From NCBI RefSeq assembly GCF_009914755.1, contig NC_060937.1: 64,000 nucleotides of DNA; one strand, 5' to 3'. Under the pieces are notes generated by a model. It saw only the letters and a program-made list of their open reading frames with translations. It did not search any database and was not told where the DNA came from. The DNA comes from the human T2T-CHM13v2.0 reference genome, Homo sapiens. Positions 31,859 to 48,358 of this stretch are shown piece by piece (the stretch's first letter is position 1; each line of letters opens with the position of its first letter). The position numbers and the translations under genes are program-made.

Positions 31859-32238
<380 letters not shown>

Positions 32239-33699
32239 CTATGTAAAGATTTCTAAGAATATTCTTGCTCTTGTATTTGGAATGTAAGAAAACTTAATGT
32301 ATGGGGTTATTTCAATATTAGGAGAGACTTAATACTTACTAATTTATAAAAGCTTCATCTTTTTAATTTTCTGAACCTAATTACGGCACCATATTTATGG
32401 ATTAAATAAGAGAAACAAAACAGCTTAAAATTCACACTCTTATAATGTCTTTTTTTCCAAACATTTTAGTTCTATATTAGCACGTTCAATACTGTAGCAT
32501 CTTCTTTTTAAATAAAAACTTCTGTTAATATAGTGGCTATAAGTAACACTATACGCCTGGCTATTAGACTAGAACTAAGATTACATTCAGAATTAACTGG
32601 CATTGAATATCCAATATACCAGTATATTCACTACTAGCCCCAGTGTTATCTCAGAGAGAAGTGCCTTTTTGAGAAATAGGTTTTCATGATAACAAACCCA
32701 CAATATTTTAGTTTAGAGAATCATGAAAGCTGAACATACTTTTAATCATGTTGAAGTTTAGAAACAGATAAATGAAGACTAAAATCTAATTCCTGATATC
32801 AATAGGAGTTTAAGAGGTAAAAATAATTACACAACATCTTTATCAGTTTTAAGAAGATGATATATCAATAAATAATGGGATCCATTCTATCAGCCAGCCT
32901 CCAGAGGCCGCTGTACGGTTCCTACCCAGAAAGCCAAGAAAAGTATACTTCCATCCACTGAAGCAATTTACTCGACTGTTGCCAAAACTTTATTCTAGGC
33001 TGTGTCTGGTAGCTAATAAAAGCAGTTCTTTCTGTACACAGAAATTCACTGTATTTCTTGGGCTTCACGTTGCTAGTCAATGGTTATTAGAGGCTTGCAA
33101 GCATGTTGTGTATGGGGAGCAAAGGAAGCTGAATACGAGGTAAAGTCAAAGGCAGTCCTTCAAGAAAACCGTACAGTTTTCTTTTATTTTTTTTAATCAC
33201 TGCCAACAGTGCTCCCTTTCAGGGTGGTTTATGTTCACTGTATTTTTTTGTTCCATTTCTTGTTGTTAGGTAGCTATTCTCCATTTATTTTTCTCTTTGT
33301 TGCGTCGTTTTTCTTTCTGATCAGTACCTTAACCTCTTTTTTCCTATATATTAGGCTCTCTGTAATAATCTTATTTCTGCTTGTAGATAACAATGTTTTC
33401 AGATAGTTCTGAATTTTCATGTTTCCAACCATGGCTTTATTTGTAAATTACTTTTTCATTTATTGAGCACAATTATACCACATCAAACTCCAGAATAGCT
33501 CTCCCTCAGGAGTTAACAATCCCCTGATGTCTTGGTGACTTTTCTCTGAAGACAATGAGTCACCAGAAATACCCAGTTGAGCGCATTAGGTACTAACTCC
33601 ATGATATCCTACTTCTCTTTTTACTAATATCTTCGCCAGAACCCGGACTTTCTACTCCCTTTTATACCAACCAATTCTAACGCTCATAATGTTTTATAC

Positions 33700-34330
33700 A
33701 TCCCAAGTCTGAAATATATGGGCTATCATTAGCAATTCCCCTTAAGCCTTAGTCAGTTTTCTGAATGTTCCCATTACTTCTCCAAATAAGTGAGTTTCTG
33801 ATAAAGACACCGTCTTCTCTGCAGCTTTTTCAGGTGGACTCTTTTCTTTCCTCTCCTAACTCAATAGCTCAGGTCTTAGTGGTGAGGTGTAAGACTCACA
33901 CTGTTCTTCATTACCACTTTCAAATCATTTTTCTATCTTCTGCCTTTAAAACTCACAAGTCATTTGACCCAGATGTCCAACGATTATGCCATGCCATATT
34001 TCCCTATGTAGTTATCATCTATCTCCTGATCACTCTCCTCATTTTTTAAAAAATCGAGTCCTTCTTCTATTATTAATCTTAGTGATATTATCATCATTCC
34101 CATGAAAGATTATTCAAAAACTTTTCTTCTCAGTTCCTTAACCTCTTAGAATTTAATAACATTTCTCCAACTTAGCTCAGCCATTAACTCCCATAGCCAC
34201 CCCTATTGTCAGTACTAATGTATCAATTCCAGTCCTTCAAGTTCTTGTAAATTCTCTGACTATAGTACCCCTGTCCTTGCAATTTTACAACTTCTTCCAT
34301 ACCGCCAAACCATTAGTCCTACCTTTTCAA
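33700..34330 (-). mobile_element. L2 remnant
   Basis: Pyrimidine-rich degenerate sequence with L2-like motifs (CTCAGTTCCTTAACCTC, CAGCCATTAACTCCCATAGCCACCC). Confidence 0.45.
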
Positions 34331-34607
34331 AAAAATCAATTTTTCATGTTTCCTTAAGGAAACGTGTACAATATAAAAATTTTAAAAGAAATAAGGTACT
34401 CAAATCCTTCCACTTAAAGGGAGCAATTTTGATTGATTTTTCTTCCTTTATCAATTATAATGTTAGTTTTTTGTTTCTGTTTTAGAGATGATATATGATT
34501 ACTATTATGAAAGATGAGGCTTTAACACTAATGAATTCGCCAGACATAATGTGAATACCCCCAAAATAAAAGTTCACACTTTTTGTTAAATCATTATTCA
34601 GCACTAA

Positions 34608-35016
<409 letters not shown>

Positions 35017-35745
35017 TGTTTTTCTTTTTAATTCATTTCATGCATACTGCCTCCCTAGTAGCTAGATTGGGCCATGTACCAAAATCTGGCCAGTGAAATT
35101 CAGTGAAGGGTAGTGGGTAACCCTGTAGAAATGAAGTTTAGTGAAAGTGGATGTGAGCCCTCTGCAACCCCATCCCTTGCTTCTCCCTGCCACAGGGATG
35201 ATGAAGATGATGGCTGGGACCCGAACAGCTAGTTTTTGTGTTTGATTTCTGTTTTGTTCTATTTTAGCACTCTTTCTTTGATAAATGCCTTTCATCATTT
35301 TAATCTTTTTTTTTTCTCCTCTTTCTTTTTCTGTCATCTAGCTTATTGGCAGAAGAACTCTTATCCAAGGATTCTGATGCTCTAAATTTAGTTTATCTTT
35401 CATACATTTTTTGAAAATTTGTTGGTACTGCTGTCCCATTTCCAGATTTCCTCCACCTTATTCTCCAGCCCTCTCATGAAATTTAATGAGTTTTTATTGA
35501 AGTAGTAATTTTGTATGTGTAGAGCTAACACTTAACACTAAAAGGCTGAAAACTGAAAACATTTTTCTCTTAGAGATTAGAATTGTACCTGAGTAAACAA
35601 ATAGAAACTTGTGAATAGTTCATCACCAGCTGTGAGATGGTATTTTGCACATATATGTGATAGGTTTGAGTGGATGACCATATGCAGCTTGATATTTGGG
35701 TTCATATGTCATCATAGAAAATGCCAATTAAGGGTTAAGCTCTCT

Positions 35746-36140
<395 letters not shown>

Positions 36141-37639
36141 TTAGAGCTATCATATCAAATGATAATGAGATAACTCATATTAATATTTTAACTATGGTAT
36201 TAGAATTAAAATATACATACATTGGTTTTAACATACATTAATGCATTTTCTAAACAAGAAAAATTAATACTGTATCATTATAGTTCACATGACAATTTAA
36301 AAAAATTCAAATTTGAGTATAATATTTTGTATTTCTATATATTTTACATTTTTTATACATAATTTATCCAAAGTACTTCACAGGAGTGTTATGTCATATT
36401 TTCTATTTGATTAAATAGAAAGCAATAGAAGAAATAATACTTTTGTAATTGTTAAAATACTATTGTATGTATAGCAATAAATGTTTTCATTACAATCCAT
36501 TTTATTTTGTGTATTTACCTAGAAGATATCTCTGAGATACTTTAATATAGCTAAAAATTGAGGTTGAAATCTTAATATGTACTATCAATGAAATAGCATT
36601 TTATGTTAAATTGTATTCATTTGCATTTAATTAGATGTCTTAGATGTAGTTTTTAGTAATATGAGACTGATGAAAAAAATGACATGATATATTCACAGTC
36701 TTTGGAAAGCATAAATCTTTATCTTGTGCAAGAAAATAACTGGACTTTTGTGGTATTTATGAGAATATGATAAGAGCTATGAGCATTTGTAAGAAGCAAA
36801 ATATGGAACAAATATCTTTCGTTACCACACTTGTAGATTTTATCAACCAAATGTTAAAATCTTAAGTTGATTCCAGGAAGAAAGTACTGCTAAAGAACTA
36901 TTTACTTACTAGTAGTAGAGACGGATGGACATCTTGAACAAAGTCCTAGGTTTGTGCCAAAAAAAGTTTTCTTTGTGGTCGGAAGGAAGTTAATAGTAAA
37001 GACGTTAAAAGCCTCCGGGGTATGTGTTCACTGTTTCCTCATTTGCATGCTCTGACCAGCACTGCTGGATGCTGGAAGAGGACACCTCAGACTCCCGCCT
37101 TCTCCCTATGCAGCTGTCTTATCTACATATCTGTTTCATGAACTCTAGCCACCTTGGTAACTCTGACCAACTTTGCCTGCTCAGTTCAGGGAGTCTGCCA
37201 GGCTTGGCCTAGTTACTTGCTTCCTGTTATGGTGTAAAAAAATCTCAGGACTAGCAGCTGGAACAATTGTAGGATTTACTTTGTTGAGTTCTGGTCTTTC
37301 AGGGCTCACTGTCCATTGTTGGCTGATGTTTAGTGTCTTGAAAACCGTTGTTTCATGTATTTTTACTTTTTTTTAGTTGATTGATACAGTAGTAAACATC
37401 TTGGTCTGAAGTAGAACATTTGTTTGATTATGTCTTATTTTTCTGTCTCTAATAGACTATTTTGGGAGAAAATGGGGGAAATACAGGAAAAAAAGGGAAA
37501 AAAACTCCAATAATGTTTATTGTACTTGTGCCATTACTCTCCCTATCATTTGACCATAGCACTATCCAGGAGAGGGCTGTAAATATCTTATTTCTTCCAT
37601 CTCCCTGATCCTCTTCACTTTCTTAGTTTTATATTTCAT

Positions 37640-38330
37640 GCATTCATTGATTTATTCAACAAATACTTTTTGAATCTCCTTTATGTATTAGGCAAGGTGA
37701 GAAGGGCCTTTTACCAGGAGATTCCTCTGATAATTTTTACATATGCCCCTCAATGATCTTGAGAAGACCGTGTCTGTGTTTACAACTACATTTGCGATGG
37801 AAGGGGGACATTAAAGTACAAAAACTAGGGGTGGCATTGTCATATTTGCATTGTAGAAAGATAATTATGGGTGCAATATGAAGTATGTGTTAATAGGTCA
37901 AAGATGCTTAGGAAAGAAATCAATAGGAAGGCTGTTAAGATGACCCAGTTAAGAAATATTAAAGGCCAATATTCGGGCAGTAGTAACAAAGATGAATAAG
38001 AAAATACACATGCGAAAATTATTTAGAAGGTAAAATTAAAAGTACATGATGATTTATAGGATACAACATAAAAATATTAGGAGAAAAAGATTTCAAGAAG
38101 GGCTCCACTGTTTCTATCTTCTTAGTATTTTAACTATAAGTAGGCCATCAAATATTTAATTAAAATATGAGAATGATTTTCTAATCTCTCTTACTCTAGT
38201 CCATTTTTGTATATGCGGCAATAATCATTATAGCCATCATATGAAGGTTTGAAAAGATAACTTGGGTAATATATCAAAAAATATTAGTACAGTGCCTAGT
38301 ACATAAAAAGTGATTCCATATTTTAAATAT
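37640..38330 (+). mobile_element. L2 3' end and MIR remnants
   Basis: CATTCATTGATTTATTCAACAAATAC (L2 terminus) and AGTACAGTGCCTAGTACATA (MIR/L2 tail motif). Confidence 0.55.
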
Positions 38331-39217
38331 TGATACAATGTATTATTTTCCTTGTTAATCGAATAGCATTATAGTTATACTTTTTAGATATGCCTTTAAG
38401 TCACTTTCAAGCTATGTTGATTATTTGAATATTTAGGCCCCTCAGTTAAGGCATGGTGATTAATGTAAATCAAAGTAAAGTTTGCGTTTTGGTTAACACA
38501 TTTCGATTTGTTAGTTTGAATCAGTTCTTCTGAATCAAATTATCTCTATATACTCTGCTCAATTTAGGTTTTTAGAACTATAAAGTTGAAGCTAAAATAG
38601 ACTAAGATGACCTACCAAGGTACTCTGAATGTTACTTCTGTAAACTAAAGAATAGATTTTTCAGAAGCCATATTTATTTTATTAATTGCAACTATAATGA
38701 CATTAACAACTCCTAGAGAATCTTAGGATATGGAACCAAGACTCATTAGCTCCAGTAAAGAATTTAAAAAGCTTTCTTTTCCCAGACACTACTATTGTTC
38801 AATAATCATATACATACAGTATGACATAATGAGGACCTCAGTGAACTCTCTCTCTAAAACTATAAAAGTACTAGCAAAACAACCTAAAACCTGCCATAGC
38901 AGAACTCTAGTAATTAGAGTGATCCTAGAGAAAATATTGAATATAAGTATGACAGCAAGATCTGTGGTTCTACTCGTATCACTCCTTTTTACCCCAGATC
39001 AATGGCACAGTAGCAAAAATACAGAAGTACTGCAGACAATGAGATTTAACCTCTTCTGGAGTTCCCTTCAAAGCATCACTCCCAGAGCACAGACAATATT
39101 TTGTTTGAACTTGGAGATTACTACAAAATCTCTATTCTCAGACTGTGGTGATGTTTTGTATTTAACTCAGAGAACTCAGCTCTGCTGCACAGTGGGGGAT
39201 GAGAATAAAACATTCAA

Positions 39218-40955
39218 CAATAATAGTTGAATATTTCAACAACCCACTTTCAATAACAGATGAGGTAACTAGGCAGAAGATCAACAAGGAAATGGAAGAC
39301 TTGAGCAACATTAGAAACCCCTAGACTTGACAGACATGTATAGAATACTACACCCTACAACAGCAAAATACACATCCTTCTTAAGTGTATAAAATCATTC
39401 TCCAGGACAGACCATATGCTGGACCACAAAATAAGCCTTCATAAATTGAAGGGATAAAAATTATACAAAACTTATGAGAAATTATAGAAATCAAGGCAAA
39501 GCAATACTGGCATGAGAATAAAGATACTGATCAAAAGAATGCGATTGAGTTTACAGAAATAAACTCATACTTATGGTCAACTGATATTCAATTGAACATA
39601 AATCAATTGAATATAAATTGACGAAGGATGCCAAGACAATTCAATGGAGAAAAAAGTAATATTTTCATACATAGTGATAGGACAAATGAATATCCAAATC
39701 CACAAGAACAAATCTAGACTGCTATCTCATCCTACAAAAAAATTAACTCAAAGGTGTATATAGACACAAACTAATTGTCAAAATTATAAAAGTTATACAA
39801 GAAATCATAGGGGTAAATCTTCATGACCTCAGGTTAGGCAGTGATCTTTTAAATACAACACCAATAGCACAACCGGCAATATAAATAAAAAAAGATAATT
39901 TGGATTAATCAAAATTGAAAACTTTGCCCATCAAAGGTCATAATCAAAAAGTGAAAAGTCAAGTGGAAAAATGAGAAAAATCTATTTTAAAATCACACAT
40001 TTGACCAAGGCCTTGTATCTAAAATACATAAAGTAATTCTATAACTCAACAATAAAAACAACAAGTAATGAAATGGGCAAAGGATTTAAATAGAAATTGC
40101 TAAAAGGAAAAAAGAAATACAATTGGCCAATAAACACATAAAAAGATGCTGAACATCATTAGTCATTAGGAAAATGCAAATTAAAACCTAAAGGAAATAC
40201 CACTTCTCATATGATGGAATGCTTAAAATAAAGGAGACAGAAAATAAGAAGTGTTTGATGAAGATATGGAGATATTGGAACCCTTATATATCACTGGTAG
40301 AAAGTTAAAATGGCATAGCCACTTTGAAAAACTTACAGTTCTTCCAAGAAATTAAACACAAATTTACCGTATGACCCAGAAATTTCACTCCTCAGTATAT
40401 ACCCAAAATAAATGAAAAGTTAGATACATAAAAAAAGTATAAATAAGTGTACATAGCAGCATTATTCATAGGCAAAATATGGGAAAACACAAAATGTTTA
40501 ATATCTATTAATTAATAAACATAACATGTTATATCATGCAATAAAATATTACTTGACAATAAAAATAATGAAATATTAATACATACTACGATAGAGATGA
40601 ACCTTGAAAATGTCGTGTTAAGTGAAAGAAGGCTGTCACAAAGACCACATCAAGAACAATTTTATTTACGTGAAATACCAGTCTAAGTAAATCCAGAGAC
40701 AGAAAATAGATTAGTGGTTCTCTGGAGCTGAGGCTGGAAGTGGGGTCTTGAATGAGAGAGTGCAGGATGTGAAGCCAGGATGGAATATGGCTGCTAATGT
40801 GTTTGGGGCTTTTTGGGCATCAGGTAAGTATTCCAAATGTAGATTTTGATGATGGTTGTACACTCTTTGAAAATGCTAAAAATCATTCAACTGTGTGTTT
40901 TAAAGTGGTGAATTTTATGATATGTGTAATATCTCAATAAAGCTATAAAATAAAA
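39218..40955 (+). mobile_element. Old L1M (L1MB/MC-like): endonuclease-region piece, internal deletion, then ORF2 3' part and 3' UTR
   Basis: ACAATAATAGTTG...CCCACTTTCAATAA, CATTAGTCATTAGGAAAATGCAAATTAAAAC, and a 3' end ATCTCAATAAAGCT followed by an A-rich tail. Confidence 0.85.
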
Positions 40956-41459
40956 ATATGTATTAAGCAACTAATTGAGTATGCTATTTCATTCATTTAG
41001 CAAATAGAAAATTAAAATGGATAGCTTCTCCCATGGAGAAAGCACAATAATAATACTGAAGTAAAAGACAACTGGAAAACTGCCACAAATTCAAGAGACT
41101 ACATACAATTTCTTCAAACATTTTCAGTCTCCTTCTGTCCTTAAAACTGCCTTTCAACCTTTTGTACCCTGGATAACATCTGATGCATAACAGTTGGAGT
41201 TTCATAAATTATTCTGATGAATGAGTATATTAATTTGTTTTATGGAAAATGTATTTGTTTTATGTTACACTATTAATTGCTACGTTGAACTTGACATTTT
41301 GATGAAATTCCATGCATTCATTTAATTTTCAACATGCTTATTCTTTTTCTATTTGACTTTACGTCTGCTTAGACTACTACTTTATCTCACTGTAAACAAT
41401 TACTGTTATTGGGCCTTATTTTATCGTTGCTAATAAAAACTTATTGAGCATCAAAATCA

Positions 41460-41600
41460 TACATCTATTATATACATAATATATTATATAATATATGCAA
41501 TACATGATGTTATATATAGTATGTAATATATGTATTACATATATAATATATTGTATAATATATATTATTTGTATATTTTTATTATATATTATATATTATT
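41460..41600. repeat. TA-rich low-complexity tract
   Basis: Degenerate (TA/TATAA)n. Confidence 0.8.
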
Positions 41601-44319
41601 TTAAAGTCAGTCTTTTTGTTGTATCAGTATATTGTTGTGATTTAAAAATAATGATCTCATGCATCTATCACTTTGGAGTATGTGCAGAATAAAATTTTTC
41701 CCATAAATACATGCCTTTTTATATGCATTATTCCTTAGGAACTTTTGTTTTTGGCTAAATATTTAAAAACATTTCCAAAACTTTTTCAATTGCTTAATAC
41801 TTTTTGCTTTCTGGAGCAGAATGACGATGATGCTCAGAACATAGGGTTAAAGTGATATGCTTCCTGCTTTAAATGATCACCTAAACTCTGTGCTTTGTTT
41901 TCTGTATAAATTTCTTTTCTTTCAGTCAACTTCAAAAGATAAGAGCTACAGGTTAAAGCTGCAATGTTCTCTCTCCTTCCAGCCTGAATGATTCCAGGTG
42001 AGGCTTCTGATTTACAGTCCCTTCTAACCAAGCTACTTAAACCAATAAAGTTAATTTTATGAACAATTCTAAAATCTTATACTGCTGACAAACAGTTTTG
42101 TCACTCTCCGGGTTAAGTGTGTAAGCTGTGGGACAGTCAATATCTTACGAGGCAATTTTCCTGTATTTCTGGTTATGTAACTGTGCTCTAAGTACCAAGT
42201 TTGAAGAAAATGTTATTTTATGTAAAGTAAAGGGCACTATTTTATATTTTCAAATTAACAAAAAGAAAAATACTTCCCAGAAGGGATTTAAAATATAGCA
42301 AAATATTGCAGTGATTTCTAAGGTAGAAAATTATGGTAGTTCTGGGTGGTTTTTTTTTTCCCACTAATGCCTAAATACTTGTGAGAATTAACACATGTTT
42401 TCAAGAAATGTTAATGAATAGAATGTAGGAATCTAAAATAATAAGAATAATATATACAAATTACATATTCAGATAAAACAGATACAGAATAATAATCAGG
42501 TTATCTTTTCAAAAACTAGCTGTTATTACTGATAATGAACTAATTTAACAAAATTTCTTCTAAATATATGATAATTGATTTATTAAATAAGACTATTAAT
42601 TTTTCTTTAAGTTTTTAGGTGATTTACTTTACCATTCAATCAAACATAATAAAATAATCTTGGTAAATTTGACTCAAGAAAATTCAACTAGGGGCATTCA
42701 GATTTATGAGAATTTTCAAATTTCTATAATTAAGGTTTTTTTCCTTTTTTAGGTGTAAAGTTCTTTTTGATCAATTTCTGAATTAAAATGATTTGCTCAA
42801 ACAAAATGAGTATTCCAATGAATATATGTTTACATCTTTATCATCTGATATGTTTTATTTTGTGACTAAAACATTTTTTGCTTAAGCAGAAATATCTTCC
42901 CCTCTTAAACGGGGAAAAGTAAAAATTCCTAAGAAAAGAATAAGGTATTTTATTTCTTACTAGCGGAATGGTTAATAAACAAAATATAGTTTTATAATCT
43001 AATTTACTGTTCATGCTATGTTCAGGAAGAAGGACAACTTTAGTTGATGCTAGAATTAGGAAGAAAAATAGAAAGTAGAAAAATATTTTCATTGTAATTG
43101 GGGGAGCATGTTGAACGTGGACTATATTCCCTACAGGAAGCTATAACTTTCATTTATTGGTATACAGAGACTGATTCCAGGACTTGAGAAAAAAATTGCA
43201 TTAGTCCCTGAAATTTTTGGCAAATTAATAGTAATGTTGATATTAAAGACAATCTCTCCATAATTTATATTATTTGATATATCTTTCATATGATGTTAAA
43301 TTCATAAAACTTGAAGAAATATTAATACTCTTCCTTTTGTATATGATAAAACCAACTTGATTCTAAATTCATTTAGGTGGGCATATATAAAAGTGTTTTA
43401 AGAGATTTCTATTTTTAGAAAAGACTTGTCTTTGTGTTCTTACCCTTCTAAACCTTCCTGAAATTTAAGTCAATGTTTTATTTTTCTTTTTATTATTTTT
43501 TATAATGTTGCCCTGTTATCAGTAAAGATGAATAACTGTCAAATCTTTTTCTAGAAATGGATTTATAAGCCTGAGAAAGGCCTTGGCAGATTACCAATCC
43601 TTTCCATTTATGGCAAAGGTACTGGATAACATTGAAGGTCAACCAGGAAATCCATGATGAGTCTAGGACCAAAGAAGCAGCCTTTGGAAGGGCCTTGAGA
43701 ACATTATTGGGTCACTTGGGAGCCTTTTTCTTTTCACTCTAAAGAACTTTAAAATTCATTTTATGATTTCTCCTAAAGCTAATTTATAGAACCACTGGAC
43801 AGATAAGCAAAAAATAGTCAATTTAGTGAAACTTCTTAAGTTGTGACAGAGAGCTTCACCCCTTACAAATTGGTTATTAAAGCCTAATGGGGAGTATTAT
43901 TTAATATAATCTAATAACCCCTCCCATAATACTTTCTTAATATTTTAGTTCATATATTTAAAGTTTATTAAAATGAAGTCAATATAAAATAAATTAGCAA
44001 TAAATGATTGAATTGTGTTTGCACTTGTTATAGGTTGGCATTGGTGAGAGAGGAGACACAATATTATTTTTAAGCAATATCTCCTTTTTCCTATAAAGAA
44101 AATGAGGTGATTTAATTGTCTTATCACTAATAAAAGTATTAACTACAGTTACCTGAGTGAAATTCCTAGAATTAAAGAGAAGAAACATAAATGCATTCTT
44201 AATAAATGGGCACACTTTATACTTTGTGCCTATATTAAATTAGCAGATAATATGTGGTCAGCAACAAAAAACACTAGTTTTATGAATTGTCCTTATACTA
44301 AGACATACGTACTAAATCT

Positions 44320-44650
<331 letters not shown>

Positions 44651-45099
44651 AAACATGTATTAAATCTGATTACTTAACACATTTTTTGGTTAGGAATTTA
44701 TTTCAGTGCTATACACAATGTGATATTTTTCAATAAATTTTAATTTAGAATTCATTATTTTTTTCATAATTGCTGTGATCATTTATCACATTATACACAG
44801 TTGAGCTGATTTATCTGCAGGTATTAAAACTGCAGCATTTACACTCCAGAAGTTAGTAAATATAAACCATAAGGGGAACATATCCACCATATAGATTTTA
44901 TTAAAATAAAACAATAAAAATCATGCCAAAGTTCATTGCATTTTTTTTTCCTTAAAATCATACTAGTTCAAATTTTGAATGCCTGCTGCTGGAAGTCTAT
45001 AAAAGAAATCATAGGTTATATCAATAAATAATGACACTTTGCCACAAATGATGAATAGTTTTAACTCTGTTGTTCTTTAATTTATATGTCTTTTAGACC

Positions 45100-45102
<3 letters not shown>

Positions 45103-45149
<47 letters not shown>

Positions 45150-45170
45150 TACACAAACATACATACATAT
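45103..45170. repeat. Compound microsatellite (CT)n(CA)n(CATA)n
   Basis: Read directly from the sequence. Confidence 0.95.
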
Positions 45171-47452
45171 GATTTACAATATTCATAAGTGCCCTGCTTG
45201 TAAGGTTTTCGTCCATGCCATGAGACTTATATCCTAGACGAAACCAATCTGTACTGTGAAAATCCTCATTTCCACTGGGAATTTTATTTTTAGATTTTCA
45301 CTCTCCATCCATCTGCCTTTGAGCAATTTTCTGTGCTTCAAGCATGAGCAAGCAATATTAATCCAATTTCTAGTTTCTGTGAAGCACATTATGTTAGATC
45401 ATATGCACTTCAGTGAATCTTCTTAGAAACTTTGTATTTACTTAACTGTTTCACTATCAGCCTTTATCGAAAGAGTAGCAAAGAAATACATAAAGCCAGG
45501 TTAATTTTATTTTCTATCTTAGGAAACAGCCCAATGATTCAAGAACAATGGAATCATATGATATGATGAAATACTATCTGAACAGAGCAAAATTACACAT
45601 TGATATTTCAGTGGATATCAATAAACTATAAAAGAATAGCTTATTGCTCTAATGCTCAGATACTTAAATTATGTTTGAGGGAGCAAATGAAAACTTCATC
45701 AATTGTAATAAAATAATTTTATATGAAATCATTATAATTTGTATACATTTATTTTCATCCCTTCAAAATTATCTTGAAATATTAAAAAATACAATATGTC
45801 TACTCAATGGGTGAAATTATTCTACAAATAGGGTAATGTGAATTTGAAACCTGTAATAACTTTTAAAAGCCAAATGGAAATATTGTAGAATTTATTCTTT
45901 GTTATTTTTCAAATATATCCACTGCCTCTCCCCTCCACAAAAAAACATTATGTCTGCATGATGCAAACCTTTAAATAACTATTGATAATTTGATTAAACA
46001 TTAGATTGTATTAAAAATAAATCTGAATGAATGAGCATTTTAATATTCTTTAAATTTCCTGGGTGATTCCAAAGATATTAACCAAGTTACTTGTTTTATC
46101 TAAAGAGAGTACAATTTAAGCATATCAATCTATCAATATATTTTTGGTAGTGCCACAAATAAACAGCTGGTCCTGAAAATTTCATGTAAGCGAGAACTTA
46201 GAACATATGTTCTTCAACTTAAAGTAGAGAAAAGTTAATTCACTTTTACACATATTTATGTAAGTACTAAGTAATAGGTACAAGCTATGGTAGTTACTGC
46301 CCCCACAGAAAAATCACTGCATGGTAATAAAAGGAAATAAAAAGAAAATAAAGGCTCATAGAGAAAGAAGAAATAAAATACATTCAAATCCGCTTTAGGT
46401 TTAGAAACTATTTGCTTCACCTTCATAAGCACATTATTTTGCTCTGCCACAGAAGAATAGATGTTTAATAGATCCTTGTAATGTGAAATAATTAATGCCA
46501 GAGCTGAGCTCAGATGCTGATCTTTTTCCTTAAATTTCAGGACTATTCTCAATACATCACTACTGTTCAATAGAAATATTAGGATATTACCTAGGAGGGA
46601 GCACTTTGATCTTTTATCAGCTATTCTCACACATTTGAACCCTATGGTGAATTAAAATGACAGACAAAATTGAAATGTGCTACAGAGAAAACTTATTTTA
46701 AATGGGTGGAAGGAGAAAGGAAGAAATGAGAGGAACAAATGGAACAAAGTGTCCTTGAGCACTAAGGACAGTGTGTGGACTAGAGATGCTAAACCCAGAG
46801 CATAAACACAAACAAATTTACAAGTCTTAGGAATAAAAAAAAAATAAAAAAGACCACCAAAACCAGGAACACAATCTGGGTTGATCATAGTCCCAAAAAG
46901 GAAATAAAACTTAACCCATTGAAAAGATTTCTCAAAAGCTTCAGGCAGAGTTAAGGAAACAAAAAAGGTACAGCAAGTGAGGCATCCAGATACTAGCAAT
47001 GTCAGAGCATCTTTCTACCCATAGATTGAAGAAAAAAAGGATAGGAAACATTTTTACAGTTCCTCAAGGGGAACTTGAACTACCAGCGAAAGGGCTACCC
47101 AAGTAGTTGTGGAGAAAAGCAGTTGCAGACAAAAAAAAAAAAAGAGCATCCTCAAAGCAAAGGAGAATGGAGAATCTTCACTCCTGCCCTCCAGTCTCAT
47201 GTTGGTGCTTTCCCTGTGTTAAACCTAATCATAAACCAGCCAGCATCGGGTCCCTAGGGACAATAACAAAAGGGGGTGACACCTGAGGTGATGAGAGCAA
47301 AAATGGATAGGGCAAGCAAGTAAAAAGAATAACTACATAATTCATCTATGCTCAAATTTTCAGGGTTCACCATGACGAAAAAGACCAGTTGTTCTATTGT
47401 GGTTAAATTTTAACTTTTTTTAAAAAAATTATGGGTACATAAGAGTTGTATA

Positions 47453-48358
<906 letters not shown>

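Noticed and set aside
32911-33176. Perfect 10-bp inverted repeat CTGTACGGTT/AACCGTACAG, suggesting a MITE
   Set aside because: It does not extend, has no TSD, and 10-bp matches at this spacing are expected by chance in 64 kb.
38730-39230. 166-aa ATG-initiated ORF
   Set aside because: No recognisable domain, composition typical of AT-rich non-coding DNA, and it runs into an L1 fragment.
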